A stretch of DNA of 64,000 bases from Chromatiaceae bacterium (GTDB taxonomy: Bacteria; Pseudomonadota; Gammaproteobacteria; Chromatiales; Chromatiaceae). Shown piece after piece: positions 49,925-59,444 of this stretch. The notes beneath the pieces were generated by a model, which saw only the letters and a program-made list of their open reading frames with translations, did not search any database and was not told the origin of the DNA. The stretch lies in the NCBI GenBank assembly GCA_027078745.1, contig JALWWO010000019.1, positions 354,596 to 418,595 on the forward strand, in the 5' to 3' direction. The position numbers were made by a program, and so were the translations under genes. Within the stretch, counting starts at the first letter, position 1; each line of letters starts with the position of its first letter.

Positions 49925-51382
49925 ATGCTGATTCACGAACATTCCCGCTCGGGCCGTCGGGCGTTCGCCCAAGCCCCTCGGCAAACCCCGGATCCTGTTG
50001 ATCTCCCCGCCCATTTCCAGCGCAAGCAGCCCCCTGCCCTGCCGGAGGTTTCGGAAATGCAGGTGGTGCGCCACTACACGCGCCTTTCTCAGAAGAACTT
50101 TTCCATCGACACCCATTTCTATCCCCTGGGCTCCTGCACCATGAAGTACAACCCCAGGGGCTGCAATCGATTGGCCTCTCTGCCCGGCTTTCTCAACCGC
50201 CATCCCCTGGCACCGCCGAGCCACAGTCAAGGGATTTTGGCCTGCCTGTACGAACTGCAAGAGATCCTCAAGGCCTTGAGCGGAATGCACGCCGTATCCC
50301 TGGCACCGGCAGCGGGGGCACAGGGGGAGTTCGCGGGGGTCGCCATGATCCGGGCCTATCATGAGGCGCGGGGCGATACAGGCCGGCAGGAAATCCTGGT
50401 ACCCGATGCCGCCCACGGCACCAATCCGGCCTCGGCGGTCATGTGCGGTTATCGGGTGCGGGAGATCCCCACCGGTGCGGATGGGGATGTGGATCTGGCC
50501 GCCCTGCAAGCCGCCGTGGGCCCCCAGACTGCGGGCATCATGCTCACCAATCCCAGCACCCTGGGCGTTTTTGACCGGAACATTCAGGCCATCGCCCGCA
50601 CGGTGCACGAGGCGGGGGGCTTGCTCTACTACGATGGTGCCAATCTCAACGCCATCCTCGGTAAGGTGCGCCCGGGGGACATGGGATTCGATGTGATCCA
50701 CATGAACCTGCACAAGACCTTTTCCACCCCCCACGGGGGCGGCGGGCCCGGGGCGGGGCCGGTGGGGGTTTCCGAGCGCCTGGCACCCTATCTGCCCGTG
50801 CCCCTGGTCGCTTTCGATGGCACGGATTACCGCTGGTTGGATCTGCAAGACCGCCCCCGGAGCATAGGACGCCTCACCGCCTTCGGGGGCAATGTGGGGA
50901 TTCTGCTGCGCGCCTACATCTACGCCCGCATGTTGGGCCGAGCTGGCATGCAGCGGGTGGCGGAATATGCCACTCTCAACGCCAACTATCTGCGCAAGCG
51001 CCTGGTGAAAGCGGGCTTCACCGCAGCCTATGGGGATCGGCGGGCAAGCCATGAATTCATCCTCACCTTGAAGCGGGAGGCCAAGGAATGGGGGGTGAAC
51101 GCGATGGACTTCGCCAAGCGCTTGCTGGACTATGGGTTCCATGCCCCCACCACCTATTTCCCTCTGCTGGTCCCTGAGTGCCTGCTCATCGAACCCACGG
51201 AAACCGAAGCCAAGGAAGAACTGGATGCCTTTGTGGATGCTATGGTGCAGATTCGAGAAGAGGCCCAGCGAGATCCCGAGCGCGTGCGCACCGCTCCCCA
51301 TAAGCTGCCTGTGCGGCGGCTGGACGATGTGCGGGCCGCCCGCCAGCTCGATCTGGCTTGGAAACCGCCCGTTCATGAATAA
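49925..51382 (+). CDS. gcvPB: Glycine dehydrogenase (decarboxylating) subunit 2 (PLP-binding)
   Basis: 485 aa with the PLP-lysine region ([16 protein letters not shown]). Confidence 0.93.
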   Translation: MLIHEHSRSGRRAFAQAPRQTPDPVDLPAHFQRKQPPALPEVSEMQVVRHYTRLSQKNFSIDTHFYPLGSCTMKYNPRGCNRLASLPGFLNRHPLAPPSHSQGILACLYELQEILKALSGMHAVSLAPAAGAQGEFAGVAMIRAYHEARGDTGRQEILVPDAAHGTNPASAVMCGYRVREIPTGADGDVDLAALQAAVGPQTAGIMLTNPSTLGVFDRNIQAIARTVHEAGGLLYYDGANLNAILGKVRPGDMGFDVIHMNLHKTFSTPHGGGGPGAGPVGVSERLAPYLPVPLVAFDGTDYRWLDLQDRPRSIGRLTAFGGNVGILLRAYIYARMLGRAGMQRVAEYATLNANYLRKRLVKAGFTAAYGDRRASHEFILTLKREAKEWGVNAMDFAKRLLDYGFHAPTTYFPLLVPECLLIEPTETEAKEELDAFVDAMVQIREEAQRDPERVRTAPHKLPVRRLDDVRAARQLDLAWKPPVHE

Positions 51383-51740
51383 AACCCAGGGGTTCCAGCG
51401 CCTCCGCCGCGCCTGGGGCTTTTCCTGGCAGGGGTTGCGGGCCTGCTATGCGCAAGAGGCCGCTTTCCGCCAGGAAGTCTGGCTGCTGATCCCCCTGGTT
51501 CCCCTGGGTCTGTGGCTGGGGGAATCTCCGGCAGAGCGGGCGCTGTTGGTGGGTTCCCTGCTCTGGGTGCCCTTGGTGGAGCTGCTGAATTCCGCCCTGG
51601 AAGCCTGCGTGGATCGCATGGGTTCGGAACGCCATGAGCTTGCCGGTCGCGCCAAGGACCTAGCTTCCGCCGCTGTGCTTTGGGCGATCGCCCTCGCCCT
51701 GATCCTCTGGGGCCTGATCCTGCTGCCCAAATGGTGCTAG
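51375..51740 (+). CDS. dgkA: Diacylglycerol kinase
   Basis: About 121 aa with 3 TM helices and DgkA motifs (AFRQEV...; [14 protein letters not shown]). It overlaps the gcvPB stop codon. Confidence 0.85.
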   Translation: MNKTQGFQRLRRAWGFSWQGLRACYAQEAAFRQEVWLLIPLVPLGLWLGESPAERALLVGSLLWVPLVELLNSALEACVDRMGSERHELAGRAKDLASAAVLWAIALALILWGLILLPKWC

Positions 51741-52843
51741 CCGGATAGGTGCTGCAAGAGGGGTTTGGGTCGCCGCCAGCAATCTCGCCAGCGGCCTGGG
51801 ATCAGGTGCCAGGATTCCCCCGTACAGGGCAGGATGCGCAGATGCACACCTCGGGACATTTGGCGTGCCCAGCTTTCCAATCGCTGCACCGCCTGCATCC
51901 AAGCGGCCGCATCCTGCGCTAGAACAGCTTGCCAGAGGTCTTCCCAGTAGAGCAGTACTCGGCCGGGCGCCGCGGTCAGCAGGCTTTCCGGACTTTCCGG
52001 CAGGGGCTGGAGGGGAATCCCCGCCCAACGGGCTAGGCCCCGCACTAGCACTGTATTCCCGTAGATCCTTTCATAAGGCACTTCCGCTGGCGCATCGGGC
52101 AATTGCCCCCCACCCCAGAGCCAGATGCTGTTGATGGGGGGCTGGCCCGCCCTTTCCCTGCGCTGATTCACCGGCGATGGATGAAAGAGCATCTGCACTT
52201 CGTTGAGCAGCCGATGCCAGAACAGGGCTTCTTCCCCTCGAGGGAGCAAGGCATCGATGGGTCGATGCCAAGCTTCATGCAAGGGCGTCGTTCGAATGCG
52301 AGGGGCCTGATCCAAAACCAGATACCAGCGGCGGGGATGGGGCGTTTCCAGCCGGAAGCCCTGATGGGAAAAGTGCTGGTTGAAAACTTGCGCCAAGGCC
52401 CTGGCTTCCTCGGGTTGGGGATCCAGCAGCTCGGGCGCCAGCAGCCAGAGGGAACCCCCCTCCGGGTGCAGGTGCACGGGATCCGCATGAAGCACGGCGG
52501 GATGAGGGGCCCGCCCTTCGCCCTGCCAACAGAGGGCCGCGCTCGGCGGGTCTTGCTCGGGATCTCGGAGAATCCCGAAGCATGCACAGAGCGTTGTCAA
52601 GGGATCGGTGCCTGGACCGGGCTGTCGTCGGGCGATGCCCAGCCAGCGGTTCAGCACCGGTGTTTCCAGGGTCATCCCTGCGGAGGGAATGGGGCCGAAC
52701 AGCCCGGGAATCATCCAGTCGAGGAAACTGCGTTCAGGCAAGGGCGAATCCCTGATCAAGGCCAGATAAGAGAGGCAGCCTATCGAGCTTTTTTCCCCTT
52801 CGCACGGTTCTTCCTCCTTCTTGCGGCGCCGCTTGCTCCACAA
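51737..52843 (-). CDS. Hypothetical protein (conserved-looking, no family recognised)
   Basis: Long ORF with codon usage consistent with the rest of the genome. The N-terminal start is uncertain; the lysine/glutamate-rich N-terminus may not be translated. Confidence 0.5.
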   Translation of the reverse strand: MWSKRRRKKEEEPCEGEKSSIGCLSYLALIRDSPLPERSFLDWMIPGLFGPIPSAGMTLETPVLNRWLGIARRQPGPGTDPLTTLCACFGILRDPEQDPPSAALCWQGEGRAPHPAVLHADPVHLHPEGGSLWLLAPELLDPQPEEARALAQVFNQHFSHQGFRLETPHPRRWYLVLDQAPRIRTTPLHEAWHRPIDALLPRGEEALFWHRLLNEVQMLFHPSPVNQRRERAGQPPINSIWLWGGGQLPDAPAEVPYERIYGNTVLVRGLARWAGIPLQPLPESPESLLTAAPGRVLLYWEDLWQAVLAQDAAAWMQAVQRLESWARQMSRGVHLRILPCTGESWHLIPGRWRDCWRRPKPLLQHLSG

Positions 52844-52943
52844 AAAGCTAATATAATGAAGGACTTGTTGAATTCCCGTCTTTCCTGGTCTACTTTTAAC
52901 CTATACCCATATAAGAAATTATGCAGACCAGGAGAATGGAGCC

Positions 52944-53402
52944 ATGCAGGATTTAACCAAGTACCGAGAACACCATATAGCCCTCAAAGAGATGATCGGA
53001 GATCTCCAATCCTTGCTGAACCCGGAGATGCTCCGGATCCCCCCCAATGCGGAGCTAGCACATCATTTGCTTTGCGATCTTGTAGATCTCGTGAAGGAAC
53101 ATCTGCTCGATGAGGACCGCTATCTTTATCCCTCCTTGCTCGTCCATAAAAACCCTCGGGTCAAAGCCCTCGCTTGGGACTTCATCCGTACCGAAAGGCC
53201 TTTACGCAGGAACTTTGAAAAGTACTATAAAAAATGGCTGAAACGCTGCGACTTCCCCTTCAGCGAGAGGTTTCTGCATGAAACCCAGGAGATTTTTAAG
53301 ATACTGAGCGAACGCATAGAACGAGAAGAGGAAGTACTCTTTCCCAAGCTCATGGAAATTGGTTTTCTCCAGAAACCCGGCCGATCCCGGCTAGCGCTTT
53401 GA
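52944..53402 (+). CDS. Hemerythrin-like (HHE cation-binding) domain protein
   Basis: 152 aa with His/Glu-containing helices (HHIALKE...; HLLDEDRYLYP; FSERFLHETQE...EEEVLFP). The gene and the 90 bp upstream of it have distinctly lower GC than their neighbours. Confidence 0.6.
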   Translation: MQDLTKYREHHIALKEMIGDLQSLLNPEMLRIPPNAELAHHLLCDLVDLVKEHLLDEDRYLYPSLLVHKNPRVKALAWDFIRTERPLRRNFEKYYKKWLKRCDFPFSERFLHETQEIFKILSERIEREEEVLFPKLMEIGFLQKPGRSRLAL

Positions 53403-53437
53403 TCGAATAAAATCCTCGCCAAGAAGTCCTCCCCTGC

Positions 53438-54436
53438 ATGTCCCCTTCCGAACGCCTCATCAGCCCCACCGCCCGCGCGGAGGATCAGCGATTGGAGCGC
53501 ACGATCCGGCCCAGAACCCTGGCGGATTACATCGGGCAACCCAGGGTGGTGGAACAGATGGCACTGTTCATTCAGGCCGCCCGCAGCCGAGGGGATGCCC
53601 TGGATCATGTGCTGATCTTCGGGCCGCCCGGGCTGGGAAAGACCACCCTGGCCCATATCATCGCCCAAGAAATGGGCGTGAACCTGCGCCAGACCTCGGG
53701 GCCCGTGCTGGAGAAACCTGGGGATCTGGCGGCGATCCTCACCAACTTGGATCCGGGCGATGTGCTCTTCGTGGACGAGATCCACCGTCTCAATCCGGTG
53801 GTGGAAGAAGTGCTCTATCCGGCCCTGGAGGATTACCAGCTAGACATCCTGATCGGCGAGGGTCCCGCCGCCCGCTCCATCAAGCTGGACTTGCCCCCCT
53901 TCACCCTGGTGGGAGCCACCACGCGGGCGGGTTTACTCAGCGCCCCTCTGCGGGATCGCTTCGGCATCGTGCAGCGATTGGTATTCTATTCGCCGGAAGA
54001 ACTGCATGCCATCGTGACCCGCTCCGCCCGTCTCCTGCATCTGGAAACCGAAGCTGCTGGCGCTGCGGAGATCGCCCGACGCTCCCGGGGCACCCCCCGC
54101 ATCGCCAACCGCCTGTTGCGGCGGGTGCGGGACTATGCTCAAGTGCGGGGAGCCGGGCGCATCACGGCGGAGATGGCAGATCAGGCCCTCAATCTGTTAG
54201 AGGTGGATCATCGGGGATTCGATCCCATGGACCGGCGCTTGCTCCAGACCATCATTCAGAAGTTCGACGGCGGGCCCGTGGGGCTGGAAAGCTTGGCGGC
54301 GGCATTGGGCGAAGAGCGGGGCACCATCGAAGAGGTGCTGGAACCCTATCTGATTCAACAGGGCTTTCTCGTGCGCACCCCTCGGGGGCGCATCGCCACC
54401 CAAGCCGCCTATGTGCATCTGGGCTATTCAGGCTGA
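53438..54436 (+). CDS. ruvB: Holliday junction branch-migration ATPase RuvB
   Basis: Walker A (GPPGLGKTT), Walker B ([10 protein letters not shown]) and a winged-helix C-terminus are present. Confidence 0.97.
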   Translation: MSPSERLISPTARAEDQRLERTIRPRTLADYIGQPRVVEQMALFIQAARSRGDALDHVLIFGPPGLGKTTLAHIIAQEMGVNLRQTSGPVLEKPGDLAAILTNLDPGDVLFVDEIHRLNPVVEEVLYPALEDYQLDILIGEGPAARSIKLDLPPFTLVGATTRAGLLSAPLRDRFGIVQRLVFYSPEELHAIVTRSARLLHLETEAAGAAEIARRSRGTPRIANRLLRRVRDYAQVRGAGRITAEMADQALNLLEVDHRGFDPMDRRLLQTIIQKFDGGPVGLESLAAALGEERGTIEEVLEPYLIQQGFLVRTPRGRIATQAAYVHLGYSG

Positions 54437-54996
54437 GCGATCCCTTCCCAAGGTGTCATCAGAGTATTGGGGAGGTCGAAGAAGCCTAGGACGCGGCCCA
54501 CGGTCTGATCGATGAGATCCTCTAGCGTTCGGGGTCTAGTATAGAAGGCGGGCATGGGTGGGAAGAGAATCGCCCCTAACTGCACCGCCGCTTGAAACAA
54601 TTGGGTATGGCCTAGGTGCAGGGGCGTTTCCCGCGGCATAAGCACCAGCGGCCGGCGCTCCTTCAGGGTGACATCCGCCGCGCGGATCAACAAGCTGTCT
54701 CCATAGGAATGCACGATGCCCGATAGAGTCTTCATGGAACAGGGGGCGATGACCATGCCATCTACCGGAAAGGAACCGCTGCTGATGGAGGCGGCGAGAT
54801 TCCCATTGCTGTGCACCACATCCGCCAGCCCTTGCACGGCGTTCAGTGGCCAGTCTGTTTCACAAGCCAGGGTCAGCTTTGCCCCTCGGCTGATCACCAG
54901 ATGGGTTTCCACCTGGGGCAGATCCCGCAGCACTTCCAACAGCCGAATGCCGTAGATGATCCCGCTCGCACCGGAAAGGCCGACGATCAGCCGCAT
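54424..54996 (-). CDS. ubiX: Flavin prenyltransferase UbiX
   Basis: 190 aa with a flavoprotein fold ([12 protein letters not shown]...). Confidence 0.9.
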   Translation of the reverse strand: MRLIVGLSGASGIIYGIRLLEVLRDLPQVETHLVISRGAKLTLACETDWPLNAVQGLADVVHSNGNLAASISSGSFPVDGMVIAPCSMKTLSGIVHSYGDSLLIRAADVTLKERRPLVLMPRETPLHLGHTQLFQAAVQLGAILFPPMPAFYTRPRTLEDLIDQTVGRVLGFFDLPNTLMTPWEGIAQPE

Positions 54997-55053
54997 TGTC
55001 CTGCTCCTATCAACTTGACAAAGGCACTGCTTCCCGATTTAATGTTTTGGATC

Positions 55054-55129
<76 letters not shown>

Positions 55130-55139
55130 AAAGGAAGAT

Positions 55140-55166
55140 CAGGGCCTGACGGCCCTTTTTTTCTGC
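55140..55166 (+). terminator. Intrinsic terminator after tRNA-Phe
   Basis: GGGCC-TGAC-GGCCC hairpin followed by T9. Confidence 0.7.
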
Positions 55167-55176
55167 CTGCAATCCT

Positions 55177-55204
55177 AGAAACTAGTCTCGAGAAACTAGT
55201 CTCT
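55177..55204. promoter_or_regulatory. Tandem 14-bp direct repeat (AGAAACTAGTCTCG / AGAAACTAGTCTCT), each unit containing a palindromic ACTAGT core, immediately upstream of queC
   Basis: Two exact adjacent copies lie 17 bp upstream of the queC start. They are AT-rich relative to the surrounding sequence. Confidence 0.4.
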
Positions 55205-55220
55205 AGCTTATACTGCGCCC

Positions 55221-55940
55221 ATGCAACGAGCATCCCCTCTCAAACATCCCCCTGCGATCGTGCTGCTAAGCGGTGGCTTGGACTCCAGCACCGTGCTCGC
55301 CCTGGCCAAAGCCCAGGGTTTCCGCCCTTATGCCCTGTCCTTTCAGTACGGCCAGCGCCACCGCTGGGAGCTGGATTGCGCCGCGCGGATTGCTGAAGCC
55401 CTCGGGGTGGCGGAGCATTTCGTCGCAACCCTGGATCTGGGCCGCCTGGGCGGTTCCGCCCTCACCGCCGATCTACCCGTGCCCAAAGATCGGGACCTGA
55501 ACGCCCAGGAAATCCCCCCCACCTATGTGCCTGCCCGCAACACCTTATTTCTCTCCTTCGCCCTGGCTTGGGCGGAGGTGCTCGGAGCACAAGATCTGTT
55601 CATCGGGGTCAATGCCTTGGATTACTCCGGCTATCCCGATTGCCGCCCCGAATATATCGCTGCCTTTGAGCAGCTGGCAAATCTGGCCACCAAGGCGGGG
55701 GTGGAAGGCCGGCAGCGGCTTCGGGTTCATGCGCCCCTCATCCAGATGACCAAGGCCCAGATCATTCAACAGGGGTTAAAGCTCGGAGTGGATTACAGCT
55801 TGACCACCAGTTGCTATGATCCCGGCCCCCAGGGACGCCCCTGCACGAGCTGTGATGCCTGCCGGCTCCGCGCAAAGGGATTTGCAGAAGCGGGGTTGCA
55901 AGATCCCCTCTGGGAAAAGTTCGGCATTTCAGCCCCATGA
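55221..55940 (+). CDS. queC: 7-cyano-7-deazaguanine synthase
   Basis: PP-loop ([10 protein letters not shown]) and a C-terminal zinc-binding Cys cluster (CYDP...CTSCDAC). Confidence 0.95.
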   Translation: MQRASPLKHPPAIVLLSGGLDSSTVLALAKAQGFRPYALSFQYGQRHRWELDCAARIAEALGVAEHFVATLDLGRLGGSALTADLPVPKDRDLNAQEIPPTYVPARNTLFLSFALAWAEVLGAQDLFIGVNALDYSGYPDCRPEYIAAFEQLANLATKAGVEGRQRLRVHAPLIQMTKAQIIQQGLKLGVDYSLTTSCYDPGPQGRPCTSCDACRLRAKGFAEAGLQDPLWEKFGISAP

Positions 55941-56923
55941 AGCGGTATCTCCTGTTCAGCACCCGCTTTTCCGCCGCCCGATTCCTGCCCCATCTCCCCC
56001 CCACGCACCGGGCGAGCCGTCTGCACGGCCATGACTTTCGGGTACAGGTGGAAGCCGAAGCCCAAGGGCTGGAAACTGCTCTGCAACAGGCCGCTGCCCG
56101 TCTGGATTACAGCAATCTCAATGAGCATTTGGAGATCCCCAGCGATGCGCATCTAGCCCGCTGGTTCTGGGAACAGCTGGAAGCGAAGAATCTAACCCGC
56201 ATCCAGTTACAGAGCACAGACCAGCAGGGAACCTTGCTGGATGCGGGAGGGCGGACAAGCGGTTGGCACCGATTTCAGTTTGAATCCACCCACCGATTGC
56301 CCCGCGTGCCCCCGGATCATCGGTGCGGGCGGATGCATGGTCATGGCTTCGCCGCCACCCTAGTCTTTCCGCAGGGTCCAGCGGAGGAAGCCGCGGATCC
56401 CGACCGCATCCAGAAGATCTGGGCACCCTTTCAGGAAGAACTGCACGGGCGCTGTCTCAACGATCTGCCCGGCTTGGAGAACCCCACCAGCGAGCTGCTG
56501 GCCCATTGGTTGTGGCAGCGCATCCAGCCCATTGCGCCCGCGCTCCTTCAAATTCAGGTGCAGGAGACTAGAACAGCGGGTTGTAGCTATGATGGCCAGG
56601 TTTATCGGATCTGGAAGGAACGCTACTTCGAGAGCGCCTTGCGTCGGGATCAGGGACACAGCTATCGGCTGCGCCTCTCTCTCCAGGCACCCTTAGATCC
56701 CGTCTTGGGCTGGACCCTGGACTATGGGGAGGTGAAGGCGAGGTTCCAGCCCATCTATCAGCGGCTGGATCACCATCAATTGGATGAGCAGCTTTTGGAA
56801 AATCCAGATCTTTCGGCGCTGGCACAATGGATCTATGGGGAAACCCAACAAGTTCTTCCCAGCTTGGTCGAGATCGAGCTTTGGGAATCTCCAGCACGGG
56901 GCGTTCGCATCCGAAACGCATGA
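55937..56923 (+). CDS. queD: 6-carboxy-5,6,7,8-tetrahydropterin synthase, tandem two-domain QueD/PTPS-like protein
   Basis: Two PTPS domains. The N-terminal one has RLHGHDF (the catalytic Cys is replaced by Ala-Ser). The second has [11 protein letters not shown] (Cys retained). It overlaps the queC stop codon. Confidence 0.75.
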   Translation: MKRYLLFSTRFSAARFLPHLPPTHRASRLHGHDFRVQVEAEAQGLETALQQAAARLDYSNLNEHLEIPSDAHLARWFWEQLEAKNLTRIQLQSTDQQGTLLDAGGRTSGWHRFQFESTHRLPRVPPDHRCGRMHGHGFAATLVFPQGPAEEAADPDRIQKIWAPFQEELHGRCLNDLPGLENPTSELLAHWLWQRIQPIAPALLQIQVQETRTAGCSYDGQVYRIWKERYFESALRRDQGHSYRLRLSLQAPLDPVLGWTLDYGEVKARFQPIYQRLDHHQLDEQLLENPDLSALAQWIYGETQQVLPSLVEIELWESPARGVRIRNA

Positions 56924-56957
56924 AGCAGATGCACAGAGGTAGGCTATAAGAATCTGA

Positions 56958-57599
56958 TCAACTGTTGCCATGTCCCCGAGCGCCAGGGGCATAGTTCCCG
57001 CTAACACCCCCCGCACCTGGGGCGGGGCCTCTCCCGTCCACCGTGTACTGATTGCCGAGTTCCAAACGGCCCTCCAAGACATAGCTTGCGTTGATCTGCA
57101 ATCCTGCCCCTGAACCTGGAATGCCGATGAGCAAAAATTGGGGTTTGGTGCTCTGAGCTGCACCCACAGCGCTGGCGAGATCGGAAGCTAGGCTGCGTGC
57201 CGTGAGCACCTTGCTCGGGTCGCCGAGTCCACGGAGACCCGCTTGCCCAATTTTGGCCAAGAAGCCGAGATATTTCACGTCGTTGAGGGCTTTCAGGAGA
57301 TCGCCCCATTTTTCCCCAATGTCCAGATCGAAAGACCAGGAACCCTTGCCCACATCCCGATGGTTTAAGAGCCAGATGCTGGGACAGTTAAAGGCTAGGG
57401 CGAGCACCCAAGAGGCGCTACCTCCAAGGGTTAAGCCTATACCCACGTTCAGAACCATGAAATCGGTTTGCACTTGCAGGGCATCCAATCTTGCGATGCG
57501 TCCTTGCACGAGATCGAATCCGACGATCATCCCGCCCCCGACCTTGGTCCCTACGCCTATATAGGTTGTGTGCTCAAACGACATGCTTGCTCCTAACAA
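56958..57599 (-). CDS. Hypothetical protein
   Basis: ORF of roughly 205-213 aa with a Gly-rich C-terminus and no recognised family or signal peptide. It lies downstream of the cytochrome c4 gene terminator. Confidence 0.4.
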   Translation of the reverse strand: MLGASMSFEHTTYIGVGTKVGGGMIVGFDLVQGRIARLDALQVQTDFMVLNVGIGLTLGGSASWVLALAFNCPSIWLLNHRDVGKGSWSFDLDIGEKWGDLLKALNDVKYLGFLAKIGQAGLRGLGDPSKVLTARSLASDLASAVGAAQSTKPQFLLIGIPGSGAGLQINASYVLEGRLELGNQYTVDGRGPAPGAGGVSGNYAPGARGHGNS

Positions 57600-57627
57600 T
57601 CAGGCATCAGAATCAGGCATCAAAAAA

Positions 57628-57662
57628 AGGACAGCCCTCGGACTGTCCTTTTCTTCTCCTAC
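57628..57662 (-). terminator. Intrinsic terminator downstream of the cytochrome c4 gene
   Basis: On the minus strand: GGACAG-TCCGAGGG-CTGTCC hairpin followed by T7. Confidence 0.7.
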
Positions 57663-57681
57663 TCAAGCGCTGTTCCCAATC

Positions 57682-58293
57682 TTAGGGATGCAGGCCTTGA
57701 ATATACTGAGCCACCGCCGCGATCTCCGCATCCGTCATGTTGGCGGCCACCCCCCGCATCATGGCGTTGGGATCATTGGCGCGGGTGCCGTCTCGGAAAC
57801 TCTTGAGGGTGGCTTCCGTGTAGGCGGCATGCTGCCCGCTGAGGCGTGGGAACTTAGCCAACCCTAAACCCATTCCCGCAGGACCATGACAACCGGTGCA
57901 GGCGGGCACGCCGGTATCCTTATTTCCCCCTCGGAAGATGCGTTTCCCCAATTCCACGGAAGCGGGATCTGCGGTGCCCGGCTTCTGGGTCTGACCCGCA
58001 AAATAGGCGGCTAAATCTGCGAAATCCTGTTCGTTGAGGAAGAGGACCTGGGGACTCATCTGGGCATTCTTCCGTTTCCCAGACTTGAAATCCATGAGTT
58101 GCTTGTACAGATATTCTTCATGCTGACCGGCGAGCTTGGGCCAAGTGGGCATGAGGCTGTTGCCGTCCGCACCATGACAGGCTGCGCACACGGTGGACTT
58201 TGCTTTTCCAGCCGTCGGACTTCCCCCCGCAAGGGCAGAGCCAGAAAAGAGCACGGTTGCCACGGAAATAGAAATCAACCAGGTCTTATTCAT
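57682..58293 (-). CDS. Dihaem cytochrome c4
   Basis: Signal peptide present. Two CxxCH haem-binding motifs (CAACHG; CTGCHG), each followed by a Met ligand region. Confidence 0.9.
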   Translation of the reverse strand: MNKTWLISISVATVLFSGSALAGGSPTAGKAKSTVCAACHGADGNSLMPTWPKLAGQHEEYLYKQLMDFKSGKRKNAQMSPQVLFLNEQDFADLAAYFAGQTQKPGTADPASVELGKRIFRGGNKDTGVPACTGCHGPAGMGLGLAKFPRLSGQHAAYTEATLKSFRDGTRANDPNAMMRGVAANMTDAEIAAVAQYIQGLHP

Positions 58294-58388
58294 CTTGTTA
58301 CCATTGGGTACTTGTTAGTGAGACCCCTCGTCCCGCCGACGGGAATACTGGAAGTATCTAGGAATATACCGCAGGATGCGGGCTGAAA

Positions 58389-58464
58389 TGGAGCTGGCGA
58401 TAGGATTCGAACCTACGACCGGCTGATTACAAATCAGCTGCTCTACCGACTGAGCTACGCCAGC
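58389..58464 (-). tRNA. tRNA-Thr (anticodon UGU)
   Basis: Reverse complement: GCTGGCG acceptor stem, D-arm GCTC-AGTCGGTA-GAGC, anticodon loop TTTGTAA, T-loop TTCGAAT, discriminator U, CCA encoded. Confidence 0.93.
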
Positions 58465-58526
58465 CTTGGAATTGCAAAATTCTACTGCGAGTATCGATTA
58501 GGATACAAGCATTCGAGGAACCCGAG

Positions 58527-58748
58527 ATGTCAAAGCGAATGATGATATTGCCCAGCAAGGATGTGAGCCAACTGCGTCTGGTCCGCGTGCCCGAAGACCT
58601 TTCCCCTCATGAGGCCTATCGCCATGTGACGGCCCTGATAAGCGAAATTCCCGCAGCGGGAGAACGACGATTAGCCGCCTTGTTAGACGCCTTGGAAGAC
58701 CATGGGTTTGAACCCGTGCCCTTTCTCCTCGGTCCTTCCCTAGACTGA
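58527..58748 (+). CDS. Small hypothetical protein (73 aa)
   Basis: ORF located between tRNA-Thr and maf. No family recognised. Confidence 0.4.
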   Translation: MSKRMMILPSKDVSQLRLVRVPEDLSPHEAYRHVTALISEIPAAGERRLAALLDALEDHGFEPVPFLLGPSLD

Positions 58749-58820
58749 CGGGCCGCTTCCTCACTTCGGACACGGGCTGCGAAGGCGATGTTGCAGACCG
58801 CTAAGTCATGATCATCGAGG

Positions 58821-59444
58821 TTGGCCATGGATTTCATACCCCAACTCTATCTCGCCTCCCGTTCTCCCAGGCGGCGTCTTCTGCTGCAGCAAATCGGTGT
58901 GCGCTACGGCGTCCTTGCGATCGAGATCGACGAATCTCCCTTGCTGGGAGAGAGCCCGGAGGACTACGTCCTGCGGCTGGCCTTGGACAAGGCGAGGGCG
59001 GGGCAGGCCCTGGTTGCAGATCGGGGAATTCCTGTGCTCGGTGCAGACACAGTGGTCGTGCTCGATCAACAGATCCTCGGCAAACCCAGAGACCGCCAAA
59101 GCGCTTTCACCCTGTTGCGGAAGCTATCTGGACGCACCCATCGGGTGCTGAGCGCCGTGGCTCTGGTGGGTGAAGAGGAATCTGCCACCCTCAGCATCAG
59201 CGAAGTGAGCTTTCGAAATCTCAGCGATGCGGAGATACAGGCCTATTGGGAGACGGGAGAACCGGCGGACAAAGCAGGGGCCTATGGTATTCAGGGGCGA
59301 GGTGCCCTGTTCATCCGAGAGTTACGGGGCAGTTATTCCGGGGTCATGGGTTTACCTCTCTATGAGACCGGCCAATTGTTAGCCGCTGCGGGAATGCCTT
59401 GGTTTGCCTCTGTGGAAACTTCCCAAGACAGCATGACCGAATGA
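58821..59444 (+). CDS. maf: Maf-like nucleoside triphosphate pyrophosphatase
   Basis: 207 aa with Maf family motifs (LASRSPRR..LL; GADTVV; GKP). Confidence 0.9.
   Translation: MAMDFIPQLYLASRSPRRRLLLQQIGVRYGVLAIEIDESPLLGESPEDYVLRLALDKARAGQALVADRGIPVLGADTVVVLDQQILGKPRDRQSAFTLLRKLSGRTHRVLSAVALVGEEESATLSISEVSFRNLSDAEIQAYWETGEPADKAGAYGIQGRGALFIRELRGSYSGVMGLPLYETGQLLAAAGMPWFASVETSQDSMTE

Noticed and set aside
49532-51376. 614-aa ORF on the minus strand covering gcvPB and tpx
   Set aside because: It is antisense to two well-supported genes. Its composition (G/A/P/R/H-rich, no motifs) is typical of spurious open frames in high-GC DNA.
55205-55260. Looked for a preQ1 riboswitch ahead of queC and queF
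   Set aside because: The short leader and the start of the queC coding sequence show no recognisable preQ1-I/II hairpin-plus-A-tract signature. The queF upstream region is occupied by a divergent overlapping gene.
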